Part shown: piece after piece, positions 49,158-59,070 of the stretch
Layout of the letters: each line of letters starts with the position of its first letter
Numbering within the stretch: position 1 is the stretch's first letter
From: an uncultured Spirochaetota bacterium
Lineage (GTDB): Bacteria > Spirochaetota > Brevinematia > Brevinematales > JAOACQ01
Assembly: GCA_963783575.1 (NCBI GenBank)
Contig: CAWAOD010000011.1
Coordinates: 1 to 64,000, forward strand
DNA length: 64,000 nt
Direction of reading: 5' to 3'
Program-made: the position numbers and the translations under genes
The notes under the pieces: generated by a model
Told to the model about the DNA's origin: nothing
The model's database searches: none
What the model saw: the letters and a program-made list of their open reading frames with translations, nothing else

Positions 49158-50534
49158 TTAAAAATTGTTTGTCTCAATACCATAATCCGCCGATGCGTCG
49201 ACTGAACTGTAAGAATAAGCGGTCAACCGGGAAAGGTCTGCTGAAATATAAAGACAGGTCAGCGATAAGGGAGCGAAAGAATATGTGATATTCGTGTTGC
49301 CGAGGAGCCCTCCAGCAAAATTTAAAGTCACGGAATAAGGGGCCGTTTTATTCCAGTTTACACAAAAAACGCTGGCATCGCCTGCCGTGTTATTATAAGC
49401 GTAAATGCGTATATCATTTTCAGGTTCTGCGCAGAGAACCATATTTGCGAGGACATGACTGGCGAATAATTCGTAGATATAATAAATCGGCCTGGGTCTC
49501 CTTACAGGACTGGAATCCAGGAAACCCATCACGCTTCCGACTTCGCAGATATCAAATGGAACTACCCCCTGCATTCCTGGCTGGGAAGTTGACGCTCCAA
49601 GAAGATCGGCCATCCACAATCCCCCTTCATAAGTTCCCATGGAAGCTTCGGCGGTAGCTTTATTAGGGCTGCCATCCGCGCAAACATTGCATTCTCCTAT
49701 GATTAAAGGCCGTGGCTGACCGGAGCTTTCTATAATGCTGATTACAGCGGATTCAATATATAAGATGTAATCGAATTGATTCGTTACAAAATCATATGTA
49801 GCTGACAGATCGTCTGAAGGGTAGTAGTGAACTGAAACAGCATCAACATATTGGCCGCAGTATTGTAAAAATGGTTTTATAAAACCATAGCTTTGATAAA
49901 CGCTTGGGCCGGCGATTTTAATCCATGGGTACCTGCCTTTTATCGCGACGGCGACATTGGTATAGCTGTCAATATAAACATTAAAGTCAGCCACATCGAT
50001 ATTATAATAATCATCAGGCTCAGCCCCTATTTCGACCCATGAGAGAGGATAATGCATTATATCGATATAATAAGAAAGTATATTAGTCGCCCTTGCAACC
50101 CTTGCGGCTACGTTTGGTAAGCTTGAAAACGGCAGTGAAAACCAGGGCGTCGCCCCGATATAGGAGCTGTAATAAGCCAGATTATCCATAAATTCCGAAT
50201 CAACACTGTTATCGGAATCCCAGTCCGCCCCCGCACGGAGAAATTTGACATTAAGCGGCTTTATCAACGATTCCGTTCCATAACTCGCCTTCAATGTCGA
50301 GAACATTTCTCCAAAAAAAAGCGGGTTAATAGTACTGATAACGGTCGAAGGTATGATAATTGAAAGGGTGTTTGTAACCTGATACGCCGGATACTTAGGC
50401 GCGGACGTTGAAGAAGAAGCCGAAGATCCCTGGGATGAAGAACCCTGAGAGGATAATCCGGGCATGGAAGCACAAGATGATATATAAATCGCTGGAACGA
50501 GCAGTACAAAAAGGAAGAAAAAGCGTATCTTCAT
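49158..50534 (-). CDS. Lipoprotein glycoside hydrolase, clan GH-A-like (TIM barrel plus beta-sandwich)
   Basis: ISSC lipobox and Ser-rich linker. WVEIGAEPD (acid/base), IAGP, VSVHYYP and LIIGECN (nucleophile). Confidence 0.75.
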   Translation of the reverse strand: MKIRFFFLFVLLVPAIYISSCASMPGLSSQGSSSQGSSASSSTSAPKYPAYQVTNTLSIIIPSTVISTINPLFFGEMFSTLKASYGTESLIKPLNVKFLRAGADWDSDNSVDSEFMDNLAYYSSYIGATPWFSLPFSSLPNVAARVARATNILSYYIDIMHYPLSWVEIGAEPDDYYNIDVADFNVYIDSYTNVAVAIKGRYPWIKIAGPSVYQSYGFIKPFLQYCGQYVDAVSVHYYPSDDLSATYDFVTNQFDYILYIESAVISIIESSGQPRPLIIGECNVCADGSPNKATAEASMGTYEGGLWMADLLGASTSQPGMQGVVPFDICEVGSVMGFLDSSPVRRPRPIYYIYELFASHVLANMVLCAEPENDIRIYAYNNTAGDASVFCVNWNKTAPYSVTLNFAGGLLGNTNITYSFAPLSLTCLYISADLSRLTAYSYSSVDASADYGIETNNF

Positions 50535-50556
50535 AATTCCCCTCCGATCTTACTTA

Positions 50557-50598
50557 TTGACAAGATGAAATAGTTAATTTATAATTCTATTTCATCTT
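50557..50598 (+). promoter_or_regulatory. Consensus sigma70 promoter overlapped by a 12-bp inverted repeat
   Basis: TTGACA 50557-50562, 17-nt spacer, TATAAT 50580-50585. AAGATGAAATAG (50562-50573) pairs with CTATTTCATCTT (50587-50598). Confidence 0.8.
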
Positions 50599-50647
50599 AT
50601 AAAAATATTCAATAAAATCGCCAATTATAATTTTTAGGAGTTTTTTT

Positions 50648-51613
50648 ATGAAAAAAAACACAACTGGTTTTTGCTCCTTTTTATTATTTTACATAGTGAT
50701 TTCATCGGCGATTTTTTCAGGATGTTCGAATTCGCCAGGTTCTTCTTCCAGTTCTTCCAGTTCATCCAGTTCTTCAATCTCGGGATCTGTCTGGACTGCC
50801 GAAATAATTCTTCCTACCAACCGCTGGAATTCAATAACTTATGGAAATGGAACATTTGTCGCTGTCGGCCGTGATACAAATTTAGCTAATACTTCACCTG
50901 ACGGTATAAACTGGACAGCGCAAACCATGCCAACAGGTACTAGCAACTGGCAGTCAGTTACATTTGGAAACGGTACATTTGTCGCAATTGCACAATTACC
51001 AACGGCGGCCGCGACATCACCCGATGGTATAAACTGGACGGCCGGGACACTACCCGGCTCAGACTCTTGGCAGGCTGTAACATACGGTAACGGCGTTTTT
51101 GTCGCGGTTACCTGCGGTACATCGGCCGCGACTTCGCCCGACGGGATAAACTGGACGGCAAGGGCACTTCCCGGCTCACACAACTGGAAGGCAGTCACTT
51201 ACGGAAACGGCATTTTTGTCGCGGTTGCCTGCGAAGCAGGAGCGGCTACCTCACCCGATGGTATAAACTGGACGGCCGGGACACTACCCGGCTCAGACTC
51301 TTGGCAAGCGGTAGCATATGGAAACGGCATTTTTGTCGCAGTTGCCTACGGTACATCGGCCGCGACTTCGCCCGACGGGATAAACTGGACGGCAAGGGTT
51401 CTTCCCGGATTAGGTTCCTGGCAAGCAATAGCATACGGAAAGGGTGTTTTTGTTGCGGTCGGCTGCGGCATGGGAGCGGCTACCTCATCCGATGGAGAAA
51501 ACTGGGCTTTACACGCCATGCCGGACTATATTTACTGGAAATCCGTGGCCTATGGAAACGGAACATTCGTCGCCGTTCCGGACGGTAATGTAGTAGCGGC
51601 GATTTCACATTAG
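50648..51613 (+). CDS. Lipoprotein with ~38-aa Asp-box-like repeats (probable beta-propeller)
   Basis: FSGC lipobox and poly-Ser linker. Seven WxxVxYGNGxFVAV units separated by ATSPDGINW. Confidence 0.85.
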   Translation: MKKNTTGFCSFLLFYIVISSAIFSGCSNSPGSSSSSSSSSSSSISGSVWTAEIILPTNRWNSITYGNGTFVAVGRDTNLANTSPDGINWTAQTMPTGTSNWQSVTFGNGTFVAIAQLPTAAATSPDGINWTAGTLPGSDSWQAVTYGNGVFVAVTCGTSAATSPDGINWTARALPGSHNWKAVTYGNGIFVAVACEAGAATSPDGINWTAGTLPGSDSWQAVAYGNGIFVAVAYGTSAATSPDGINWTARVLPGLGSWQAIAYGKGVFVAVGCGMGAATSSDGENWALHAMPDYIYWKSVAYGNGTFVAVPDGNVVAAISH

Positions 51614-51675
51614 ATAAGGCGGTTCCTGAATTTCGATAAACTGATAGCCTAAAATTATATTTTGGAGTGTTTTTT

Positions 51676-52734
51676 ATGGAAAAGTGCGGGGCTGGTTTTT
51701 GTGCAGTTCTGATAATATATGTCTTTATAATATACGGTGGAATTTTATCGGGATGTTCAAATTCGCCAGGATCTTCATCAAGTTCTTCCACCAGTTCTTC
51801 ATCAAGTTCTTCGTCCGTTATATCTATGCCTGGTTCGACCTGGACGCCTCAGACGCTTCCATGTTATGCCGGCTGGAGTTCTGTTACTTATGGCAATGGT
51901 ATTTTTGTCGCGGTTGCAAATGGGAGTTCAACAGCAGCAACCTCTCCCGACGGGATAAACTGGACGGCAAGAACAATTCCTGAATCTGCCAACTGGAGTT
52001 CGGTTACATACGGGAACGGCCTTTTCGTTGCTGTTGCCAATAGCAGTACATATATCGGGGTGACAAATGCGGCGGCGACATCGCCTGACGGGATAAACTG
52101 GACGGTACAGAAAATGCCCTTTCTTCCAGAATATGCCGGATGGATTTCAGTCGCGTACGGAAATGGTATTTTTGTCGCAGTTGTAAATGAATTTGGAGGC
52201 AATTTAGCGGCAATCTCCCCGGACGGGTCAAACTGGACGGCCCAGACACTTTCAACAAATACCGGGTGGAGTTCGGTCTTCTATGGGAACGGAATTTTTG
52301 TCGCTCTTGCCAATACCGGTACAGGTATGGGAAATATTACGGCAACCTCCCCGGACGGGTCAAACTGGACATCCCAGACGCTTCCGGCCTTTAACTCTTG
52401 GGCTTCGGGCGTCTACGGGAACGGTGTTTATTTAGCAATTGGAGGCAACCCGACCTGGACTATATCATCCAATGGTATAAACTGGATATCCCAAAACATT
52501 TCGGCAGTCAGCTTCTATCCGATAGATTACGGCTGGATATCCTTAGCATACGGGAACGGTATTTTTGTAAGTATTGCAGACGGAAGTTCGGAAGCGGTGA
52601 CTTCAACCGACGGGATAAGCTGGACGTTCCGGACTCTTCCAACAAGCGCCGACTGGACATCGGTTACATACGGGAACGGCAAATTTGTTGCGGTTGCAGA
52701 CGGAAGCTCATTGGCTGCGATATCTTCCAATTAA
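51676..52734 (+). CDS. Paralogous beta-propeller repeat lipoprotein
   Basis: LSGC lipobox, the same CSNSPGSSSS mature N-terminus and the same repeat motif. Confidence 0.85.
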   Translation: MEKCGAGFCAVLIIYVFIIYGGILSGCSNSPGSSSSSSTSSSSSSSSVISMPGSTWTPQTLPCYAGWSSVTYGNGIFVAVANGSSTAATSPDGINWTARTIPESANWSSVTYGNGLFVAVANSSTYIGVTNAAATSPDGINWTVQKMPFLPEYAGWISVAYGNGIFVAVVNEFGGNLAAISPDGSNWTAQTLSTNTGWSSVFYGNGIFVALANTGTGMGNITATSPDGSNWTSQTLPAFNSWASGVYGNGVYLAIGGNPTWTISSNGINWISQNISAVSFYPIDYGWISLAYGNGIFVSIADGSSEAVTSTDGISWTFRTLPTSADWTSVTYGNGKFVAVADGSSLAAISSN

Positions 52735-52814
52735 CATCTTGTTTTACGGCTGTTTGATAATAAATATTCTATTAATTAGAATTTTGTTAACAATCGTTAT
52801 TTTAGGGGTTTTAT

Positions 52815-54272
52815 ATGAAAACAAGATTTTCTGGCTTTTTTATTGCCCTTATTTTATTAGTGCTTTTGTCATGCTGTTCATTAGCGCAGAGTGGAGGAAG
52901 TGGAAGTAGCAGCAATATAGGCGGCAGCAGCAGCAGTATCACAACCAACAGCTTTAGCTCATACACTAATAGCGATGGTGTTATCTATACTAATACAGGG
53001 ACTTATTGGATTTTATCATCGGGCGCCATCACAAGCGGAAATATTACAATTCTATCAAATATCAATGGGATTCCTGTAAACAGCATTGGTGACTACGCAT
53101 TTTGCGTTTGTACTAGACTTACAAACATTAATATTCCTCCCAGTATTATAAGCATCGGTTATGAAGCATTTGCTTATTGTTCCGGTCTTAGCGGAATAAT
53201 CATACCCTCCGGCATAAAAAGCATCGGCAACAGCGCATTTTATTCCTGCAACAATCTTATAAATGCTGAAATACCGACCGGTGTTACTAACATCGGCGAT
53301 TACGCATTTGCGTACTGTTCAAGTCTTACAAGCATTACCATCCCATCAGGCGTTACAAGCATAGGTAATAACACATTTTGGAATTGCACCAACTTAACCG
53401 GGATAGTCATCCCCTCCAGTATTGCAAACATTGGCAGCTACGCATTTAATTCCTGCACCAGTCTTACAAATATTGTCATCCCCTCCGGCGTTGCCAGTAT
53501 AGGTAATTATGCGTTTACATACTGTTCAAGTCTTAGTGGAACAATAAACATTCCCTCCGGAGTCAAATATATCGGAGCCGGAACATTTCAGGAATGTTCC
53601 GGTTTAAATAGTGTCAACATTCCCTCTGGCGTTTTAAGCATCGGCGACTTCGCATTTTATGGATGTTCCGGCCTGACCGGTATAGCCATTCCATCCAGTG
53701 TTACAAGCATTGGAAACGAAGCATTTTCAGGATGTACCGGTTTTACCAATATCATCATCCCCACTGACGTTATGAGCATAGGTTACTGTGCATTTTTTGC
53801 ATGTTCAAACGCAACCGGCATAACCATCCCCTCAGCCGCCACAAATATTGAGTATGACGCATTCTGGGGATGTTCCGGTATGACTGGAACTATAATCATA
53901 CCTTCAGGCGTTAAAAATATCGCAGACGGAACATTCCAGGGATGTTCCGGTGTTACCGGCTTCATTATTTCCACCGGCGTTACAAGCATTGGCACGGAGG
54001 CTTTTTCTTCGTGCAGCGGCTTTCCCGGCATAACCATCCCATCTAGTGTTACTAACATCAACATGCTGGCATTTTTTGGCTGTTCAAGCCTGACCAGCGT
54101 CACTGTTCAAGAGACTACTCCTCCGGCTTTGCAATTAGGCTCAGGGGGAACAGCAGGGGCATTTAACAATTGCGCCGGTGGATTGCAGCTCCATGTCCCT
54201 TCTGGATGTGTTTCCGCTTATCAGACGGCGACCGGGTGGAGTTCGTATTCGAATATAATAGTTTCGCCTTAA
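52815..54272 (+). CDS. BspA-type (TpLRR/LRR_5) leucine-rich-repeat lipoprotein
   Basis: LSCC lipobox. Many 23-aa IPSGVTSIGxxAFxxCxxLTxI repeats. HVPSGCVSAYQTATGW tail. Confidence 0.92.
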   Translation: MKTRFSGFFIALILLVLLSCCSLAQSGGSGSSSNIGGSSSSITTNSFSSYTNSDGVIYTNTGTYWILSSGAITSGNITILSNINGIPVNSIGDYAFCVCTRLTNINIPPSIISIGYEAFAYCSGLSGIIIPSGIKSIGNSAFYSCNNLINAEIPTGVTNIGDYAFAYCSSLTSITIPSGVTSIGNNTFWNCTNLTGIVIPSSIANIGSYAFNSCTSLTNIVIPSGVASIGNYAFTYCSSLSGTINIPSGVKYIGAGTFQECSGLNSVNIPSGVLSIGDFAFYGCSGLTGIAIPSSVTSIGNEAFSGCTGFTNIIIPTDVMSIGYCAFFACSNATGITIPSAATNIEYDAFWGCSGMTGTIIIPSGVKNIADGTFQGCSGVTGFIISTGVTSIGTEAFSSCSGFPGITIPSSVTNINMLAFFGCSSLTSVTVQETTPPALQLGSGGTAGAFNNCAGGLQLHVPSGCVSAYQTATGWSSYSNIIVSP

Positions 54273-54499
54273 ACAAATAAGTTATTACTCGAGTTTCGTG
54301 CCCCAATAAAAATAGGATAAATGTATATATATTAATAAGTTAAAATCTGAATGAAACATCAATTTCTGCTATAATATGTTGTAACCTAATCATGCAAAAA
54401 AGGAGAATTATCATGCTGTTGAGATTTAAAAATATAGTCTAATGGACAATTGATGATAAAGTTTTTACCGTAATAGTTGTTATTTTCATGTAAAACAAA

Positions 54500-54845
54500 T
54501 GTTGACGGATAAAATAGTTTTGCACTGGATCAGGCAAATATCAATCGATTATAAAGCAATTTCTTAATATCATGTGAAATAAAGTTGTGCACTGGTAAAT
54601 TCAGTAGAATGAATTAATATTAAAAAATCATCGGGCACTCTCATATACAATAAGTTAAGTTTCCTCGCGTAAAAGCCCATGAACCTTCAAAATTCAAGAT
54701 GACTAATTCAGTACACAACTTTTTTGTTCTGTAAACAACTTTTTTGGTCAGGGAACAACTTTTTTGTCCTCTGACATCAGTTCATAACTTTTTTATATAC
54801 TTCACAACTATCTTATTCAGTTCACAACTATTTTATAAACTCACA
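54500..54845. mobile_element. Cluster of three Tn7-like ends
   Basis: + strand end TGTTGACGGATAAAATAGTTTTGCACT at 54500 with a spaced site at ~54575. Minus-strand ends at 54776 (TGTCAGAGGACAAAAAAGTTG) and 54845 (TGTGAGTTTATAAAATAGTTG), each with three contiguous ~20-bp sites. Confidence 0.75.
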
Positions 54846-55839
54846 CCACCATTTTATCACTTGGTCTAATATGCCAACTTTCGACTTCTATTATCCAAGA
54901 GGGATTAATAATCTTATCATAGGGATTTTGAATAATAATTGGTTCATAATTTGGTGTTTCTAAATGAATTCTATCAACTAAATACAAAAAATATTGATCT
55001 TTTTTAAGTTTAGCAACATCTACCTCATTTCTTGACCAATAAAAATTTAGCCTTTCAGCAAATGATTTTACTTCAATATATTTGTCGATCAATTTTGATT
55101 CTTTATTTAGAAATGAAACAATATCATATCCAGCATTTACATCTATTTTACTGATGATTTTAATCTGATCAATAAAATTATGATCATTCAATCTTTGAAG
55201 TTCATAAGTTAGTACAAAATCTTCGGCATCATCTCCAAGTTCTGATTTGTATAATTGTAACTCTCTAAGACGTTCTAATGAAATAGTAGTTTTATTATTT
55301 TTAGAATAAAGTATTAAAATTGGAATGATTTCTTCTACAAAGTACTTAAGATACTGGATACTGATCAATAAAGTACTTGAAGTTCTATTATAAACAAAAA
55401 AACCGATACTAATTAATAAATTTCTTATTCCTGAAAAATCAAGGGGTATTAAATTCATACCAATAGAAGCCGTTGAAGCTATTACATCAAATTTAATCTT
55501 ATTAATATCAAGGAACCTATCAAGAACATTGTTATCAATGAATTTCTGAAATAATATCTTCAATAAAATTATTTTTAGATCATCATCATTTTTTTCTTGT
55601 GCATATAATCCAAATTCACTTAAATAAACTTCTCCATTCGAGTCTATGATCACCCAAGTTAAAAACTCAAGCAAATCTAACACACCTTTATAACAATAGG
55701 CTAGTTCTACTGATTGCCCTATACAATATCTTTCAATATCAACAACTTTCATTGATCGAGATGATAAAAGATATTTAAAGAGAAAAACAATAGATTCAAA
55801 AGAACCAAAATTATTGTTTTGTTGAATTTTGTGAAACAT
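54841..55839 (-). CDS. DUF3883 (NOV_C)-like PD-(D/E)xK nuclease with uncharacterised N-terminal domain
   Basis: G..AE.FV..YE..RL, GYDIVSF, YIEVKS, SRNE..VA and YFLYLV motifs. Confidence 0.85.
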   Translation of the reverse strand: MFHKIQQNNNFGSFESIVFLFKYLLSSRSMKVVDIERYCIGQSVELAYCYKGVLDLLEFLTWVIIDSNGEVYLSEFGLYAQEKNDDDLKIILLKILFQKFIDNNVLDRFLDINKIKFDVIASTASIGMNLIPLDFSGIRNLLISIGFFVYNRTSSTLLISIQYLKYFVEEIIPILILYSKNNKTTISLERLRELQLYKSELGDDAEDFVLTYELQRLNDHNFIDQIKIISKIDVNAGYDIVSFLNKESKLIDKYIEVKSFAERLNFYWSRNEVDVAKLKKDQYFLYLVDRIHLETPNYEPIIIQNPYDKIINPSWIIEVESWHIRPSDKMVV

Positions 55840-57783
55840 AATTGTTTATTAATGCCATAATATCATCCAAATCTGTATTTTCATTTAACCTATTAAATAA
55901 TGGTATTGGTTAATGTTCGATAATTTTTATCATACGCTCCTCTTTAAATATCAATCTATTATGGATTGTTCTATCTGTATTGTTATCTGATAGTAAATAA
56001 TAATAGTTTATTTTATCTCCTTTTTCTAGCCCATAACGATGGATACGATCTTTTGATTGAATGAAATGTGCAGCATTAAAAGTTCTTTCAATGTAAATTG
56101 CAGTATGACAAGCTTTATGTAATGAGATTGACTCTGAAATAGCGAAGGGATTTGCAATGATCACTTTAAATTTACTTTGCGGATTATGAAATTATTTAAC
56201 TATACTTTCACGCGTAGATTCAGAATTGTTATCATCATCTTGTTCAACAGGTGTAGCTCCATATAAAGTCTGATTCTCGATCCCAATAGATGATAAATAT
56301 TCTGATAGATCAAGAATATTTTTTATGAATATAGCCCAAACAATTATCTTCTCTCCTTTCTCAATCAATTTTTTTAACATCTCACCTAAATATATGAATT
56401 TCCTAGGTACTTCTAATTGATCATACGATATGATCTTTTGTATTATTAATGAATCATCAATAAAGGTTTCCATACTAATCTCTTCTTCATCAAAAAAAGT
56501 ATCTATTGGTTTTTGCAATAATGCTGGATTTGTTGATACTTGCATTAGTCTTATAAGACGAGCTTTTGTAAGAGCGTTCATTAGATTTTTTGTGGAATTT
56601 TTAGCTTTAAAAAATTCATATATTTATTTTCAATAAAGTTGTAGATTTCTCTTTGAACTGGCCCCATAGACACAATTATCGGTTCATTTTCAATAGGTTC
56701 GGGTATCTTTAAATCACTTTTACGAATACGTAAGAAAAAAGGGGAAATATTAGATAAAAGTTTTGATATACGAGGATCATTTGTATTTTGAGACATATCC
56801 TTAAGCTGATAAGGATAAAAATTTATAATATTTTTTGTTGGCCAAATAAATTGAAAAAGATTATCCATATCCTCATACCCATTTGGCGCAGGGGTACCGG
56901 TCAAAACAACCCTTGACTCACAATATTTTGATAAAGTCAACACAGAATTAGCAATTATTCCACCTTCAATATTTTTTATTTTGTGTGCTTCGTCAAGTAT
57001 GACCATTGTTCGATATTTTTTCAAGAAAAAAATTATATCATCTAATATTCCAGGTACGCCTAGATATGATAATAATGTTAATTCAGCAGGATAAGAAGAA
57101 TATAAGTGCTTTATACGTTCTGATTTAGGGACCCCTCCTGATATTCTCTTTGAGGATGGCTTATGACCAAAGCATTCAAAATATTCATTCTCCCAAGGTC
57201 CAAAAGAACTTAATGGTCCTATGATCAACAGTCTGTCAATCTTTTTCGGGTCATTATCAGGCAATGTTTTTAGATATGAATATGCTCCATAAACTATACT
57301 TGTCTTACCAGATCCTGGTACCGAAAAATTACAAGCATTTTGAGAGAAAGCCAAATGGTAAGATGATAGTAACTGAAGTGGATATAATCTTCTAGAGGGT
57401 AAATTTATGATTAGACTATCTGTAAACTTTTTAAATTGATTCAGTTGTAAATCGTCCAACTGATTGTTTCGAATATCAAAAGCTTGCTTGGAGAATAACT
57501 TAAAATTTTCTTCCTCTTGATAATAATCCCGAAGAATTTCCTTTATTGTTGACGTTGTACTTTCTGTAAAACCAAATTTTTGCAATAATTTCTGAATATT
57601 TTGTAAGACAACTTCTTTTTCCTCGGTTTCAAAAGGAATTTTAAGATGATCTTTTACTTCAATAACATGTAAATAATCCCGTAAATATATCAAAGATCTT
57701 CGATTCGATATAAGATTAATAATATCTCCTGAAAGAATATAAAGATTCTTCTGAGTATCAATATCAATTTCAATTACTGGCAC
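55811..57783 (-). CDS. SNF2-like SF2 helicase/translocase (three apparent frameshifts)
   Basis: SVPGSGKT, LDEAH, LTGTP, LMQVSTNP, ESISLH and QSKDRIHRYG are spread in order over ORFs 57783-56581, 56581-56192 and 56164-55910. Confidence 0.88.
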
Positions 57784-59070
57784 TTTTTCTTCTCTTTGCT
57801 ATCATTTTTTTAAACTCATAAGTAATACTATTAATTTCACATATTTTACTTTCTACATCAGAAGAATAAAAAGATTCGGTATCAGTATTTAAAGAATTCA
57901 ATGCATTTAATGCTTTTACTAGTAGTTCCATAGGTTGGTCTGATTTATTTAAGTCATCTAGTCTGCTTTTAGCTTTACCCAAATTCTCTTTAAGCTTATC
58001 TTCTACTAATTTTTCCCAATCCTCATCTCTACCTGAAAGTATTTTTGAAAGATCGGCTTTAGGGTTTTCTTCACGTAATTCTTCAATCGGTTTTTCTTGA
58101 ATTGTCTCAATATTATTCTTATGATTTTCTTCAAATTCTTTCCAAACTTCTTCGCGACTAAATATACTTTCATTTTTACTTGGTTTAGCTATGTTCCGAA
58201 ACTCTTTTCCTTCATACTGAGCACGAATATAATCATAACAGATTGATTTCAAAACGGATAAATCTAACTCACTATAGGGCCATTCGATAGGAGTACTTTT
58301 ATTCTCATATCGTTCCATATAACCACTTAGATTAACAAACTGGCCTTCTCTTTTATCAAGCCTTGTATAAATGCCTTCATATTTCAAATAGGAAAGATAA
58401 TCGTTCATCATTTCCATGATCTTTAACCATTCTTTTATTTGATTTTTGTCCGTGGCCATCATTTTGGCAATATCTGATTCTTCGAAACCAAATACTATCT
58501 TGAGATCTTTGCACCTTAAATATTTTTCGATTGGATTGTAATCAACCTTCTCGTCTTCCCCCATTTGATATTCGGTCTCTAATTTTACTATCTCTTTGGT
58601 TTCTGCTCCTTCAGGAAGTATTGCAGCGATAAAATATTTACAATTTTCAACATTATTATTATTTTTATTATGAATTTCTCTTGCAAGATATATTTTATTG
58701 AGAAGCATTGCTCTCCGATTTCCATCAATGATCATTCCGTCATTAGTGACAATACCATATATTCTCTGTCCATCTCTTATAAGACTATCCTCAGTGTTTT
58801 TATTTCTATCTAATTTCGAATCCCATAAGAATTTTTCAATGATCTTTTTATCATCATCTTTTTCAGCATCCAAAGGATGATCTTGTTTTTCAAATGATTT
58901 CACGAGGCTGCCAATACGACCGTTGTATTTATTATATATCAAATATTCAAGAGGGATTTTAAAAACATTAAAAGGACTAACACCTTTATAATTAATCCTG
59001 ACACCGGTCATGTATGGTGTATCATTTGCTTGAATTTCAGCCAGCTTTTTTACCCTGACTCTTTTGTCAT
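57770..59070 (-). CDS. ParB/Srx-like domain protein with helical C-terminus
   Basis: YNKYNGRI, GQRIYGIV...IIDGNRR. Has its own AGGAGG RBS and ATG at 59070, one base out of frame with the called 739-aa ORF. Confidence 0.75.

Noticed and set aside
50648..54272. Diversity-generating retroelement targets
   Set aside because: No reverse transcriptase and no template/variable repeat pair differing only at adenines.
48255..54776. A single clean mini-Tn7 insertion carrying the lipoproteins
   Set aside because: The ends are similar but the flanks (ACAAT vs TCAGT) are not duplicated and further ends lie inside. Kept only as a possibility in the findings.
54705..54845. Short CAACTTTTTT repeats as a CRISPR array
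   Set aside because: The period is only ~20 bp with no unique spacers and no cas genes. The TGT termini fit transposase-binding sites.
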